A stretch of DNA of 64,000 nt, from assembly GCA_964270895.1 (NCBI GenBank), contig OZ185439.1, one strand, 5' to 3'. A program made the position numbers and the translations under genes. Below are positions 39,120-52,249 of the stretch, one piece after another. Numbering within the stretch: position 1 is the first letter of the stretch; each line of letters begins with the position of its first letter. The notes beneath the pieces are model-generated. The model made no database searches. It was not told where the DNA came from and saw nothing but the letters and a program-made list of their open reading frames with translations. The stretch comes from Podarcis filfolensis (taxonomy: Eukaryota).

Positions 39120-42100
39120 TATAGCATTCAAGTCTAGCAGGCATCCCCAACCTTTTTTGGTTAGTGGGCACCTTTGGAATTTGAGAAGGTGCCACAAACA
39201 CCAGTCACAAAATGACTGCCATGGGGGTATGGCATAACACAAACGGCTGCCACATCATCCACCATTATCACTTACAGAGTAGCTCTTTGCACCTCTCCTC
39301 AAAATGGGAGGGTGGGTGTCCAATCAAGGCACCAATAAGATGTGGACATGTTTAAGGGAGTGTCTCCAATACAGGAGAAGCAGAACTAGTGCAAACAAAC
39401 TGGGCAGGAAGAGCAAATAAGTCTCTGGTGCAGTGCTGATTTCTGAAGGAACATTTACTGCAATCTTTTGCAGGTGCCATAGGTGGTACTGGCAGAGCAC
39501 ACTAGCACCCACAGGGTTTGCATTAGCAACCCCTGATCTAGATTCAGTTACTCAGTCTCTATAACTGAGGGTTGTTTGTTTGTTTGTTTTACACATGAAA
39601 AATACTTGCTTTGAACTTGAAGGATCTCAAACTGTAAGCATTTTAAAAGTCAGTCCAACTGACTATTAACATGCTTACTTCCAGGTAAGGGTAGATAAGA
39701 ACACAACCTGATAGCACCCAGTGTGACACAGAATTGTCTCATACTTATTCCCAGATATGTGAATATCACCCACAATACTCACTGTCTATGGCACAAACTA
39801 CCAAAGAACTGAACAACTGTATGACATAATACCACCCTTTGTCCTCGTTCACTTCTATGGCTGGCATTGCATCTTGTATCATAACTGCTGAATATGTTAT
39901 GCATTTTAGTTCTTAGAGCAAAGAGTAGACAAGTGATAGCCACTGGCTTCAATTGTTTTAAGGAGAGATCAGATATATTCACGGAGAATAGGTCTACCAG
40001 TAGTGATTTGCCAAGACTAATAGAACCTTCAAATTAGTGGCAGTCTACCGGGAAAGCACAATAGGAGGAGCCAGCTATGGTCTTGTGTGGTTTGTGGGTT
40101 TTCTGGCTGGTCAATGTGTGAAGCAGAATGCTTGGCTAGATATACTTTTAGCCTAATAATCAGAAAAGCCCTTCCCTTACACCAGCAGTTTTCAATTTAA
40201 GAGAACGTCTGCTGAAACACTGGTGGTAATACCAGCCCAATACGTTTTGCTGTCCGGAGCAAAGCTGAGCTTTAAAATGAACAAGATTACAAGTAGATCC
40301 TGGCTAACTTGGCAAACTGAACCTTGTGAAAAATAATGTCATTAAAGTTGAATTCACAAAAAGCAAGCTGCACATCTGATAGGCTACTTCCACAGGGACC
40401 TTGGCAGAAATATGGAGAAAGATGCCAATACTAACAATGCTCTTTATATCCACTCTTGTGCATGACTTGGCTGTCAGGTCTAGAAGGCTGGTAAGGAGGG
40501 CTGACGCAAGAACTCCTGCCTTTTTGTCCTTCTCCAAGGCTGTGATTACTCCTTGCCTCATCTACTATTTCACCTCTGTTCAAAACGGATGATGACAACA
40601 TGACAAAGTTTAGTGTTGAAATCTGTAGGATTAATCAAATTCCCTTGATACCTGTCAGTGAACAGTTGGAAGGGGAAAGTTATTCTCTGGTGCTCAGTTA
40701 CCAGCTTGTGTTCAGTAGTCAAAGCTGGTGGGAAATTGCAGGTATGGAACACCAGCAAAATAGTATACAGCTCCAGCAAAACATTTCGCCCACATCCAAA
40801 ACAGAGTTTGGAGTTCCATGAAAATATTATAGGTGGAGTGCAACATGGCATTAAGGCAATTGTTTCATCCATGAAATTATTTCTGCTTGCATCTCCCCCC
40901 CCCTGCATGTCTCCTAAATCTCTTCTAGGGGTTCCCCCAACCCTCTGGAGGAGATTTTGGGAGGCTGTTGGGAGAGCACAGGGTTGGGAAAACATGAAAG
41001 TCCTACTGCCCATATATCCTTGCACTGATTAGCAGAATATCACCCTATGAGAATTAACCTAAAATATATAGTCCTTACCTACTGTCAAGGATAGGATAAC
41101 AGATTTACCACCCTTGGTACTTTCAAATATTGGGGCGAATAGATCTGAAAACATATATGGCCCTCAGTTTGTCCCATGTCATAGCAACTAACATTTTCAT
41201 CCTCTTTGGATCTTTTCACTGAGGTTTGTCCTGCAGTGACTATGTTCGTGTCCTGGCCTGCACCGCACAGGAGCACAACCAGCACTGCACATTGATTGAG
41301 CTGGCTCAGCTAAAGAGAAGAAACCGAGAGTTCATATACGGTCACTGCCTTGGATCTCTAATGAGAAAGTCAAGCTAAGAATTTTGCCAATAAAGCATAA
41401 CAGAGAAAATGGGACACCCACCTAGGAAAAAGTCAAGGTCCTTAAACAGCTATTCCAAAATGCTCTGGGAAGAAATGCCCTAACCACTGTCTTTCTGCGG
41501 GCTTGGATTTGCACCTACCTGTCTCCCCATTAACATAGGTGCACCCACAAGACTTCATCCCCATCCCAATGTTTTCCTGGACCTCTCCCCGCTACATGCA
41601 GGTGTTTCTCCATCCTGATCATTTCAGACTTTCCAAGGGTTTAAAAAAACACCTGTATTAAAAGGATGGAAGGTTGAGGTCAACACTGGAATGGGGAGGG
41701 CATCATGTGGACATCCCTACATTAATGGGAAGATAGGAAAGTTCAAGTCTACCTTTTGCTCCAATGTGCAAAAGCCCTCTAAGGCTCTGGTCAGGAGCAG
41801 GAGAATGTAAGCAGTCTTCCAGAATAGCAGAACTGAATGTTTATGAGGAACTGAGGGACACCCCTGCCAAATGTGCATCCAGGTCAAAATAATAAGTTGG
41901 GTCAGACAAGCCCAGATGGCTCAAAATAACACAACATGTGCCTCCTGCTCCACGGAAAGGGCAAAAAATGGTCAGCCAATTTGACCAGAGGGCAACATTC
42001 TTGTGCATGAATAAACTGGGACTGCCATTATAGACTCAGGGCTGGAGAGGAGCTAAGCATCATCTAGTCTAGTTCATGTCTGTCCTGCACCAAACACTCC

Positions 42101-42658
42101 ACCCAAATCCTAGCATGCTACCAATGCTCATCAAAAACAAGCAAGGATGTGGCAGAGGAACTTTGTTTGCAGCAGAATTGTTTAAAACAGCCTGCAAAAC
42201 TGATTTCAAATTGAACGAGATGAGCTCTTTAAAAACAAAACAAAACAACACCCATATACTCATCCTGTGTGCTCTTCAGACCACCTGGGAAGGTGCAGCC
42301 TGTTCCAAACGAGTGTCCTTCTTATATAGGCTATGTTACACAACACTGCACCCGAGAGACACGATTGCACCAAACTGAAATGCTTGCAAAACCCCCTATG
42401 CTCACCTTCTTCCTTGGTGGTAAAGGTGCTTCATAAAGTTCATCAGTGGGGCACAGCACACACTCAGAAACCCTATCCCACCCACTTCACTTTCCAAATC
42501 ATTTCTCTGGCTCTTTGCAAACCCAAACAGCCAGCCTTGTAAAATGCTTCAAGGATGACACCCATTGCCAGGACATGCAGCCTTGCCTTGGCACAACTGG
42601 ACATTAATGGCACCCCCCTCCCATGCAAGCATTATTCAGCCCCCATCTGTGTACTCAC

Positions 42659-42730
42659 ATAATGCTTGGATGGGTTTCGCCTTTTTTCCACGTCCACCAC
42701 ATTAGCATCCAGCACGCTGTAGGACAGCAT
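42659..42730 (-). CDS. SH3PXD2A: SH3PXD2A coding exon 1: MLSYSVLDANVVDVEKRRNPSKHY
   Basis: ATG in context gacgaagATGC (A at -3), 72 nt, donor TAT|gtgagt. Matches the TKS5 N-terminus MLAYCVQDATVVDVEKRRNPSKHY and joins exon 2 in phase 0 across a 30.6-kb intron. Confidence 0.96.
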
Positions 42731-43132
42731 CTTCGTCCCCAGGAAAACCAGGAAATGCAAACAGAGTCCAGATGTATCCTTGTATTATGATGAGTGCGCT
42801 TATTCTTTCAGGATGGCTCCTTGGCGCTCAAGAAGGATTTCCTAGGAAGCTGGTGCCTTCCCTTCTCTCTCTCTCTCCCCTTTTTTCTTTTCTTCGTTGC
42901 TGGCACCAGAAGAGAAGCAAAACTTCCCCAAGCTTCAATAGAAGGAGATGTCTTTAAATATATATATATTGGGAACTGCACCAATCTTGGAGAGCCTGGT
43001 CACACCGCTCACGATCCTCCCCTTGGCCCTGGGAGGGAGGAAAGGGCAGAAATGGTCTTCGGCCACTTTCAAAAGAGCTCGGCTCTTATATTCTGGTGGG
43101 ACTAAGGGGATTCCTTCTGGTCCAAGGCTGCG

Positions 43133-43139
43133 TTTATAT
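43133..43139 (-). promoter_or_regulatory. TATA-like element (ATATAAA), possible proximal core promoter
   Basis: Minus-strand ATATAAA about 400 nt upstream of the SH3PXD2A ATG; motif match only. Confidence 0.25.
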
Positions 43140-43209
43140 GGATGGGAGGGAGTCTCTATTCAGTCCCCCCTTCCCCCTCCTAAAGGCGGATCAAGTTTTG
43201 CAGTCCCTG

Positions 43210-43870
43210 TACGGATCCCCGGCGCGGTGTCCCGCGTGCGCGTGTGTCTATATGCCTGCCTGCCTCCTTTTCCCTCGTCCCTGCACCCGAGTCGCCGCTG
43301 CGCGGTTCTCTTCGGCCCCAGCTTCGTGCCCAACAGCGGCGGATCCTTGGCAACGCTCCTTGGTGCAGCTGCTGCTGCTGCTGCTGCAGCCGCCCCGGGG
43401 GAAGGAAGGAAGGAGGAGGCAGGCAGAAGGCGGCGGGCCGGCTGGGGCAGAGAGGCGAGCGAGCGAGCGAGCGAGCGGCTGGGCGCGAAGCTCCCTTCCC
43501 CTGCCTTCTCGGCTTCGCCTCCTGCTGCCGCGATCTGCACTCCGCGCCGAACAAGGCGAGGGGCTGGAGGAGGAGGAGGAGGGGGCGGCCGGTCGGGAGG
43601 CAGGAGGGCTGGGCTCTGCTTGCCGCCCGCGGAGGGGAGGAGGGGGCCCGGTCTTCCCCCGGACAGGAGATCCGAAAGGGGAGTGGGCGATCACCTCTCC
43701 ACGCCCAAGCCCCGAGGGGGCGCTGGGCGGCCGAGGAAGCTTGGCCCGGGCGGCTCCGCCCCCTTCAGAAATAACGACTTTGCGAGCCGCTGCGGGGTGG
43801 GGAGAAGTTCCCCGGGGACGGGCGAGAAAAGAAAGGCAGAGGAGATCTCCTCGAGAAACAGATCTCTTTA
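43210..43870 (-). promoter_or_regulatory. CpG island, promoter/5' leader of SH3PXD2A
   Basis: Abrupt GC- and CpG-rich block in otherwise CpG-depleted DNA, with GC boxes (GGGGCGG near 43582, CCGCCCC near 43756), (CTG)6 and (GAGC)n tracts. Lies directly upstream of exon 1 on the minus strand. Confidence 0.9.
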
Positions 43871-44433
43871 AGAAGACGGAACAACCGGCTCCCTTTGGGG
43901 ACTGCTGTTCTTGGGCTGGAGGGAGGCGAGCGGAAGAGAGATTAGGGTGCAATCAACTCCCATTTACCTGGGAGTAAACCAGATTGAATTCTTTGGGGAC
44001 TACTCCTAATTAGACGTGGTTAGGTTAGCAGCCCTAATAGGGGTCTGCAGTTGGGCCTGTATTGCCACTGCCCCCCCAGTCCCCCCTCCCTTGTTGCTGC
44101 CATCCAACTGTCCCGAGAGCCTCCAGAGGTGAAGTCAAAGTTAGCGGCACCGATGTGACCTCCCTGGGGTGCAAGGCTGGGCAGCGTGTATGGAGGTCCT
44201 GGGCTGTTCAGATGACAAGACCCCTGTCTCTGCCTCGCTAATGTGGTCCAAACAAAAGCAGGGCAATATGTTTGGCACCAGCTTAGCTGCAGGTATTGCT
44301 GGAAGGAGACCTACAAGGTGCCATCCTACAGCCTTCAAAACTCCACCTTTACTTGCATGTTCATTCACATTCCTAACATGGACTATTTAACTTGCTCATT
44401 GCTTGATTTGCACCCCTCTACCCCTTGTATAAA

Positions 44434-45119
44434 TATGGTCTGAAGCGCAACATCAAAAAAACTAAGATCATGGCCACTGGACCTATCACTTCCTGGCAAA
44501 TAGAAGGGGAAGAAATGGAGGCAGTGAGAGATTTTACTTTCTTGGGTTCCATGATCCCTGCAGATGGTGACAGCAGTCACAAAATTAAAAGACGCCTCCT
44601 TCTTGGGAGAAAAGCAATGACAAACCTAGACAGCATCTTAAAAAGCAGAGACATCACCTTGCCGACAAAGGTCCGTATAGTAAAAGCTATGGTTTTCCCA
44701 GTAGTGATGTATGGAAGTGAGAGCTGGACCATAAAGAAGGCTGATTGCCGAAGAATTGATGCTTTTGAATTATGGTGCTGGAGGAGACTCTTGAGAGTCC
44801 CATGGACTGCAAGAAGATCAAACCTATGCATTCTGAAGGAAATCAGCCCTGAGCGCTCACTGGAAGGAAAGATCCCAAAGCTGAGGCTCCAATACTTTGG
44901 CCACATCATAAGAAGAGAAGACTCCCTGGAAAAGACCCTGATGTTGGGAAAGATTGAGGGCACAAGGAGAAGGGGACGACAGAGAACGAGATGGTTGGAC
45001 AGTGTTCTCGAAGCTACCAACATGAGTTTGACCAAGCTGCGGGAGGCAGTGGAAGACAGGAGTGCCTGGCTTGCTCTGGTCCATGGGGTCACACAACTAA
45101 ATGACTAAACAACAACACA
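44434..45119 (+). mobile_element. BovB (RTE-clade LINE) 5'-truncated copy, C-terminal part of the RT ORF
   Basis: Uninterrupted 227-aa frame (NIKKTKIMATGPITSWQIEGEEMEAVRDFTFLGS...ELWCWRRLLRVPWTARRSN), (CAA)n tail, 11-bp TSD CCTTGTATAAA at 44423-44433 and 45120-45130. Confidence 0.95.
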
Positions 45120-45949
45120 CCTTGTATAAAGCAACTGGAATCTCTATGTATTCCTTGTGGATTTCAGATGAGGCTGCCCAACAGAATGAGACAGCCCTCT
45201 GAAAACCACAGGTAGTAGTAAAGGGGATTCATTTCTAATTGCCATATACTCTTTATTCTGATATCACCCTGCTAGCTATTCAGTAACAAGCTGGCTGCAA
45301 CATAGCCAAAATAATTTTCAGTGCTGCAGTGTCTTGTAGTTGAGAACAGAAAAAAAGGCTACTTTAGGATTTTCATATTTTGCTTGGTTTTTTCAGAAGG
45401 CATAGCATGTGTTAGTTCTGCACCCACACCCAAATCAATCTTATTGTCTTTATCATTGTTGGTGGCTGGTGCCCAGTGGGGTTGGTAGGGCAGAAGGTAG
45501 GGAGGCCAGCAATAGGTGGAGCCAGAGCCAATGGAGGTAGTGATATCTAATTTCAGTCTTATCCTCCTCCCTGTTGAGTTCTGCAAGGGGAACACTGAGA
45601 CCAAGGAGGAGGAAGCTGACAGGCAATGCCACCTTCCAGACTGGTTGTTAAGTTAGAAGGCAGGCAGATGGGTAGGGGAGTGCTGGCTGAGGGCAGACTT
45701 AGGCTGGTGGGTCAGTGCCACATTCATCCTAATGGAACAGCTGCCACTGTAGCTCAGACGTCAATAATGAGTTGTGCATACAAGAGAACAGAAAAATCTC
45801 AAGCAGGGCACAATGTTACTAGGACTGAAGTGCTAAGGAATAATATGTTGTCTGCATGACAAAAAGATGGCCAACTCTTGCATATCAGGCAAAATGAGCA
45901 GGCAAAATTAACTTGCAACAGCAGAAAAATAAATTTAGCATTTTAGCTC

Positions 45950-46510
45950 CAAAAGGTAGAAATTACCAAAATAATCAGGTGCACAAGTGTAAGACTGGTG
46001 ACACTTGGCTTCACAGCAGCAAGTTCAGAAAAAAGGAACAAGGGCTTTTAGTAAGCTACTGTCTCTACATGAGCTAGCAACGCTATGTAAGAGTCTAGGG
46101 CATTGTTAGGAGGTGATCTGGGGGAGCTGAGCCCTGGGTCTTTTGCACACTTCAGGTCTTCTGCCCTTTCCCTTCCCTCTGAAAGTAGACCTAAAATTAC
46201 ATACATGTATATAACTTAGGAAATAAAACTTTTGTGCAAATCTATGTCATGGACCTGTGCTTTGAATCCTTTTAAAGACCTAACGTCCTTGGCAACAGCT
46301 AAAAAGTTGACTGCAATTTAAGCTGTGTCAACAAAAGCGTGAAAAGCAATGGCACCACTCTATTCTGCTTTGGTCATACCTCACCTCAACTGTGTCCAGT
46401 TTAAGGAGGATACCAACAAACTAGGCCATTTCCAGAGAAGGGTGTCAAAGATGGTGAGGGACTTGGCGTCTGAGGAGGAGATGGGCATGTTTAGCCTGGA
46501 ACAAAAGACA
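45950..46510 (+). mobile_element. Degraded CR1 LINE fragment interrupted by an insert of about 190 bp
   Basis: PLYSALVIPHL-CVQF...LGHFQRRVSKMVRDL...MGMFSLEQK remnant, typical of CR1 ORF2. Confidence 0.7.
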
Positions 46511-49500
46511 AATAAGAGTAATGGTGCTCAAGGTGCATGATTCACAGGAGCAAGCTCTACAATCATGCTAATTCTATCAGGAGCACCCAAATAACGGGTC
46601 AGGTTGCATCTATTGGGTACTGTGATGTCGAACTCCACTCCATTCACTATCAACTTTATATTTACCTTTTATGGGCACTTGGCACTTCTGTGATACATAT
46701 CAGTGAGGATACTGTGTGTGCAAATAAGTAAAGCGTTCCAGTTGCTGCTAATTAGACATGCCCAATGACTGCCACAGAACTCCACTGTATTCTGGAATCT
46801 TGCCATTCATGGTTTCTGGAAGGAGTCACGCATATAAATTAAAATATTACAATATCTTTTGGAATATACGGAAATTCAAGACTTACTTTAGGGAGCCATT
46901 TCCCTGAGTGCAAATGTAATTTTATTTAATTAGGTGACTTTAAACCCACTCTTCATTAAATCAATCCCAGAATGGGGGACAACATGAAAAATAAACCCTT
47001 ATACTGTATTAAACATCCATGTCTCACACTGAATATAACTGATCTGTAGAAAGGACTTTATGATCTGAAAACAGAGACCATGTATGTACTTTTGTAACCC
47101 AAGAAAAGATTTAACATGAAATATAAACAAAGCAATAAAAAAGCAAACCACAACATCATTAAATCAAATAATGGCATGAGCAGTCCTTACTTCATGGGAT
47201 GACGGCGTCAGTAACATACACTGTTGGGTGCAAGTGCCTTGCAGAAAATGGCATTGCAATTAGCAATAGGGTGGAATCCCACCCTACATAGGAAATATGT
47301 CGCAAGTATCACTGCCAACAGCCGAATTACTATGGCAAATTACAAACAAGGATATACAACTAGCAACAGTGATAATCACACATGGAATAATTTCTGCGGG
47401 GAGAAAATGATTACATGGTCTATATTCAAGCCCTGCATAAACAGACTTCAAGACACTGATTTTTATGTAGATGGCTCCTTTGGAATGCTTTCGGTGAAAA
47501 GCACTACAGAGAGTTGTGCAAATAAAGGGGGGGGGGTCATACCAAAATTTTCTCCCACATTTTTCTTCATCAGTTAGAAAAGAAATTGCGTTTGAAAGGT
47601 ATCTAAAGGGAGAGAAAGCTTGTGGAATTCTCATGGGTAGGGTGCAAGTTTCTTACCTCTATGCTTTTGAGGTGGTCAAGGGATATTTGTGATTGTCCTT
47701 TCTTTAATTCAACAAAATAATCAGTGGTCCGCACTCTATAGACTTCCCAGATGCCCAAGCTTCAGTTCAAGCCCAGGGGAAGACACCCTCCTACGCATCC
47801 CCCCCCCAATCAGGAACTATGGGCATCCAGGGAGGCTGCAGTGTGTTGGATAAGAGTTTACTGGAAAGAAAAACACACCCTGAGTCACCTTGCAACAATG
47901 TAACACCCTGCACTCATAAAAAGGGTACAGAAAATGCAATATGTCTGGATAAAAAGGTAGAAAATTGGAAGGCAGATGTTAAGCACAGCACTAGTCACAA
48001 ACCACTACAGTATACATTTAAAAAATGTAATGGTTGAGGGAAATGCTTTGTACTAAAACTGGAGGCTGCTGCTGTCTTATGGATCACCCTGGGACATATA
48101 CAATAGATTTTCACACTAGGTTTTATGTGATATTCACAGGATACTTAGGATAGGTGAGGTTCCTTCTCATTGGTTAGTGCATCACAATAACTCATGTGTC
48201 AGTGGGCTCAGATAGGTGATCAGTTGATAGAGAGAACCATCACATGAAAACATAGGAATGTGTATCTACCCCAGATTCTGAAAATAATTCATAGTGTTTC
48301 CCTTGATGCCTTGTTTTAACCAATTAGGTTAATTTCACAGTTACACAATGTTCAGCCCCCCTGCAAAAAAAATATCAAAAAATCATGTTCCTATAACATT
48401 ATTTTAAAATCACAATGGATCAAGAGGAAACCCCAGATATCCAAACCAGACCTAAGAATTTGACCACCCCCAATGAGAACAGAGAAAGAGATGGCTACCT
48501 TAGATTAACAAAACAAAAACAAGACACCCATATGAACCTTGGGTCTAAGGTAAACCCAGGATTTGCTTTGAAGGGAAGCCTAGGCTACAGCTTACTTTGA
48601 CTGCGGTGAGATCTCATCTCTTTGAAAATTGAATCTGATGGATCAGATTCATCTGTAAAATAGAGGAATAACAACAAATGGGAATATTAAAAAAAATTTG
48701 CTGTCCTTACAAAGTTATTGTGAAGCTCAGTAAGATGAGCATCTCTATCCCCTTTTTCAAAGTTCCTCTAGTGTGTGGACATCTTTGCATGCTGGGAGGG
48801 TGATGCCTGTGGCTTATTCCTCTTATCCTATTAATTTCATGTAGAGAGAGCAATATCAAGAAAATGTCCCTTGCTTCCTTTTAAAAGATACATTAAGGGT
48901 AATAATGCACTTTACCCCACCATCTTTGAACATATTGGTAGAGCTTATTGATGAGTGAACTGAAAACCGGTAAAGAGATCCAATGCACAAAGCTTTAGAA
49001 AGGAAGGCTAGCCACCATGTTCCAATTGTAAACGCTAAGGTACATCTCAACTGCTCACTGCAGGAGGAAACTGCTTATATTATTGTAAGGGAAGAAAAAC
49101 AACACATTTGTAAATGAGGGCAACCCATGGGAGGGAAAGTGCCGGTTTATCCAAGCTCCATTCTGATCACAAGCATCTATTGTGTGCCTGTGCCCCCTTC
49201 TTTCTATATTTCAGGTGGTCTTTGCAATGCTGGCAGCCTGAAACTTCTTGACTTGTAAATTGAGAACTTGATCAGGAAATAGCTGAAAGAAAACAAACAA
49301 GGACAACCAGGCCTTCACTGTGCTACTTTCAAAGTGGCTATTTTTGTCCAGACATCTTGAAACCTCCTTATTGTGCAGAGGGAGTGAAAGGGACAGATAA
49401 ACACACACTGTATCAGCAAAACCAGGCACAATACAACACGTTCAGGATAACAGCACCTGTCAACCGATGATTTTCAAACTCATGTGTGTTTGTGTCTTTA

Positions 49501-50514
49501 TACAAACCAGCCAATGATGGTCAGATCATTTCCATATGAGGCCAGCAACTTTTTCTTTTGCTAAACCCATTAATGGAACTGGAACATGTCAAGTACCTTG
49601 CCAAGGTATATATGTTCATAGATCATTATTTAAAATGCACTCTGGCCAGGAAAGGAAACTCTGACTCACTATGACAAAAAGGCTCTAATCCCATTCATTT
49701 GATAATACACAACTGGGGGTTAGGCTCTGCTATGCAATAAGAGATAGCATTTTCCATAACCTTGGTAGAATGCTTTCTACCTTGGCATGAGATGCCTTCT
49801 GTAGAAATCACAATTTCCCATTTCCTTCTTCCCTCTTATTCCGCTGCTGTGTTATCTATAACTGCCACAATCACAATGCTAGACATGCAAGAATCTTGAT
49901 TTAGTTGAAAGAAGCTCAAAGACTAGGAAAAATTCTGATTCACTAATACTGGGTGCCCCAATCAAGAGATCACTGCCATAAGGAGGTATTTGTCATGCCC
50001 AGTCCCCATTCCTGCACTAACTCTACAGTATGCCATATAAGGACAGCAAGAACACACTTGTCCCATAGTAATGGTTTCTGCATGATTAAGATATTCCAAC
50101 AAGTGCTGAGCTTCATAAGATAAAGTGACTCAAAATTTCAACTAAGTGAATAAAAACCCAAGCCTTTGTGAAGCATTCTGAAAAATATGCTACGTAATTT
50201 GAATACATCCTGCATGCAGAGGTCGTGCTGGCTTAGCATCTGGGCTCAGAGGTGTTGTAGTAGTCTAGTGTTGCAAAAGCAAAAAAGAAGTGTCCCTGAG
50301 CGTCACGTCCTGTTCTTGAGGTGTCCAAACTACCTGAAGAGAAATGGCATAATACACCTTTCCTCCATGTTTTTGCATGCCATTGCTTGAAGCTCGAGTC
50401 ACATTGTACCTGCCTCGGAAGACTAACCTAAGCCGGGCTTCTGAACCTGGCTTATCTGCTTGCCTTAATACAACTTAAGTGCAACTTAATACAACACTGC
50501 ACATATTTAAACGC

Positions 50515-50815
50515 ACTCCCACAGGAGGCAGTAATGGCCACTAACTTGGCTGGCTTTAAGTTTTGGACAAATTCATGGAGGATAAAGCTATGAATGGTTA
50601 CTAGCTGTGATGGCTATGCTCTGCCTCCACAGTGGGAGGCAGTAATGCTTCTGAATAAAAGTTGCTGGAAACTGCAGGAGAGGAGCATGCTCTTGTGCTT
50701 GGGTGCTGCTTGTGGGTTTCCCACGGGCATCTGGTTGGCCACTGTGAGAATAGGATGCTGGGTTAGATGTGCCATTGGCCTGATCCAGCAGGCTCTTCTT
50801 ATGTTTGTTTGAATA
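50515..50815 (+). mobile_element. CR1 3' UTR fragment
   Basis: Ends CTGGTTGGCCACTGTGAGAATAGGATGCTGG...CCAGCAGGCTCTTCTTATGTT; related copy at 54720-54842. Confidence 0.75.
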
Positions 50816-52243
50816 TGCTTTAGTAACAGTGACTTTACTAGTTCTTTCTAGTCCTCCTTGAATTTCATAGCTTGGTTTCTTGATCACTTCTCCAAGCAGT
50901 GCCCACTCTGGGTTTTTTTTAAATTATTATTATTATCATGGGCCAAATCCAATGTTAATAGCTTGTTAATCCATTCAATAAATGTGTGTACAGTATTTGA
51001 GGGACACAGTTGCAAGTTCCAGCTCATGCTCAAGTTTGCTTCAACAGCACCACCCTGTGGCTAGACACATACTAGCATGCCCTGTTCTGCCATGCTTCCT
51101 GAGACAATAGTACAAGACGAACAAATCTGAACTTGGAAGTTCTGAGCTAGGAGATCTGAGGTCTACCCTACGGATATTATGTTAGTGGAGCCATGAGATA
51201 ATACATCTATTTCATTCCACGAGACTCCCATTTGTTCCCCTGGAAGGACACTTTAAAATACAGGGCATCAAGAAAACATTCCATTGCTAAGATGTAAAAA
51301 GACATTTCTTCTGGCATCAAGATAATGTGGGTGAGAGGATAGGGCAGATCTTTAAAATTTTACAGCAAAAAAATAAATAAAAATCCCCTGCTAAGTAATT
51401 TGTAGACTTGGGGTTCAAAAAGCAGAAAAGTAGGTTGACTCCTGTCTTTGAGAATTCCAGAGAAGTCCAGAAAAAGCTTGAGTTTCCCCTGGCCTAGGTT
51501 GGGGGACCAACAGGGGTATGGTGGCAGTTCTACCATGCAAGGCTGGCTTTCACACTGGCGATTTGGCACCCAATTAGAGTCCAGGGGGCTGACACCCTGG
51601 GGTTTCGGTACAACAGTCCTGGAGTTTGGGAGCTGGAAGGAAGAAACAAGATCTTGTTTTAAGCTGGGATTCTTTCCACCCCCATCTGATTTTGTGCCTT
51701 CCCCTCCTTCATTTACAAGTTGCCTTGAAGTTGCGCATTCACATTTAGCAGCACATGGTCAGCAGGCATACAAGTCAGCTGTTGTCTTTCCCTAATGTAG
51801 TAATTATTTCTAAATTTTAGGCAGATTGTAATATTTCTGTTTAAATACAGTAATTATTTATAGATTTTCACCTATACATCTAAGCTACCAAATTCAAATT
51901 TTATACAAAAGCAGTGTCCTCCCCCCTCCCTTGGTGATGTATCTGGCAGCAGATCTGAATTTGCTTCACATTTGTGGACGTGACAGTTATGCATTTATAA
52001 AGCAGTCTATGTGGTGGCTGGAATGACACACAAAGACTTATGCCAAAACCACAGCGCACCAGAGCAAATGAGAGACTCTTGCCAGACAGTACCACTTGGA
52101 AAAGGGCTCTTATCTCCTGGAAGCCTGCCAAAAGGATGCATGCGCTAAACAAGGGCATTTGTAGATCAAGAGGCATTCCAACAGCATTATGGAATAGGGC
52201 AGGAAGAAATACAGGGCCTAGGGTCTGTTTTCAACAAAGTATC

Positions 52244-52249
52244 TTTATT
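52244..52249 (-). terminator. Candidate distal poly(A) signal (AATAAA) of STN1
   Basis: Minus-strand AATAAA about 1 kb after the stop; motif only. Confidence 0.3.

Noticed and set aside
42948-43977. Long overlapping ORFs (307, 293, 234 and 176 aa) across the CpG island
   Set aside because: These are low-complexity Gly/Ala/Arg/Pro translations on both strands, expected from stop-poor GC-rich DNA. The real coding exon is 42659-42730.
44577-45096. Minus-strand ORFs of 171 and 79 aa, and equivalents at 31319-31738
   Set aside because: They are antisense shadows of the BovB reading frame.
47224-47577. 117-aa ORF considered as a possible endogenous viral or retrogene fragment
   Set aside because: It has a TTG start, no recognisable motif and no poly(A)/TSD signature.
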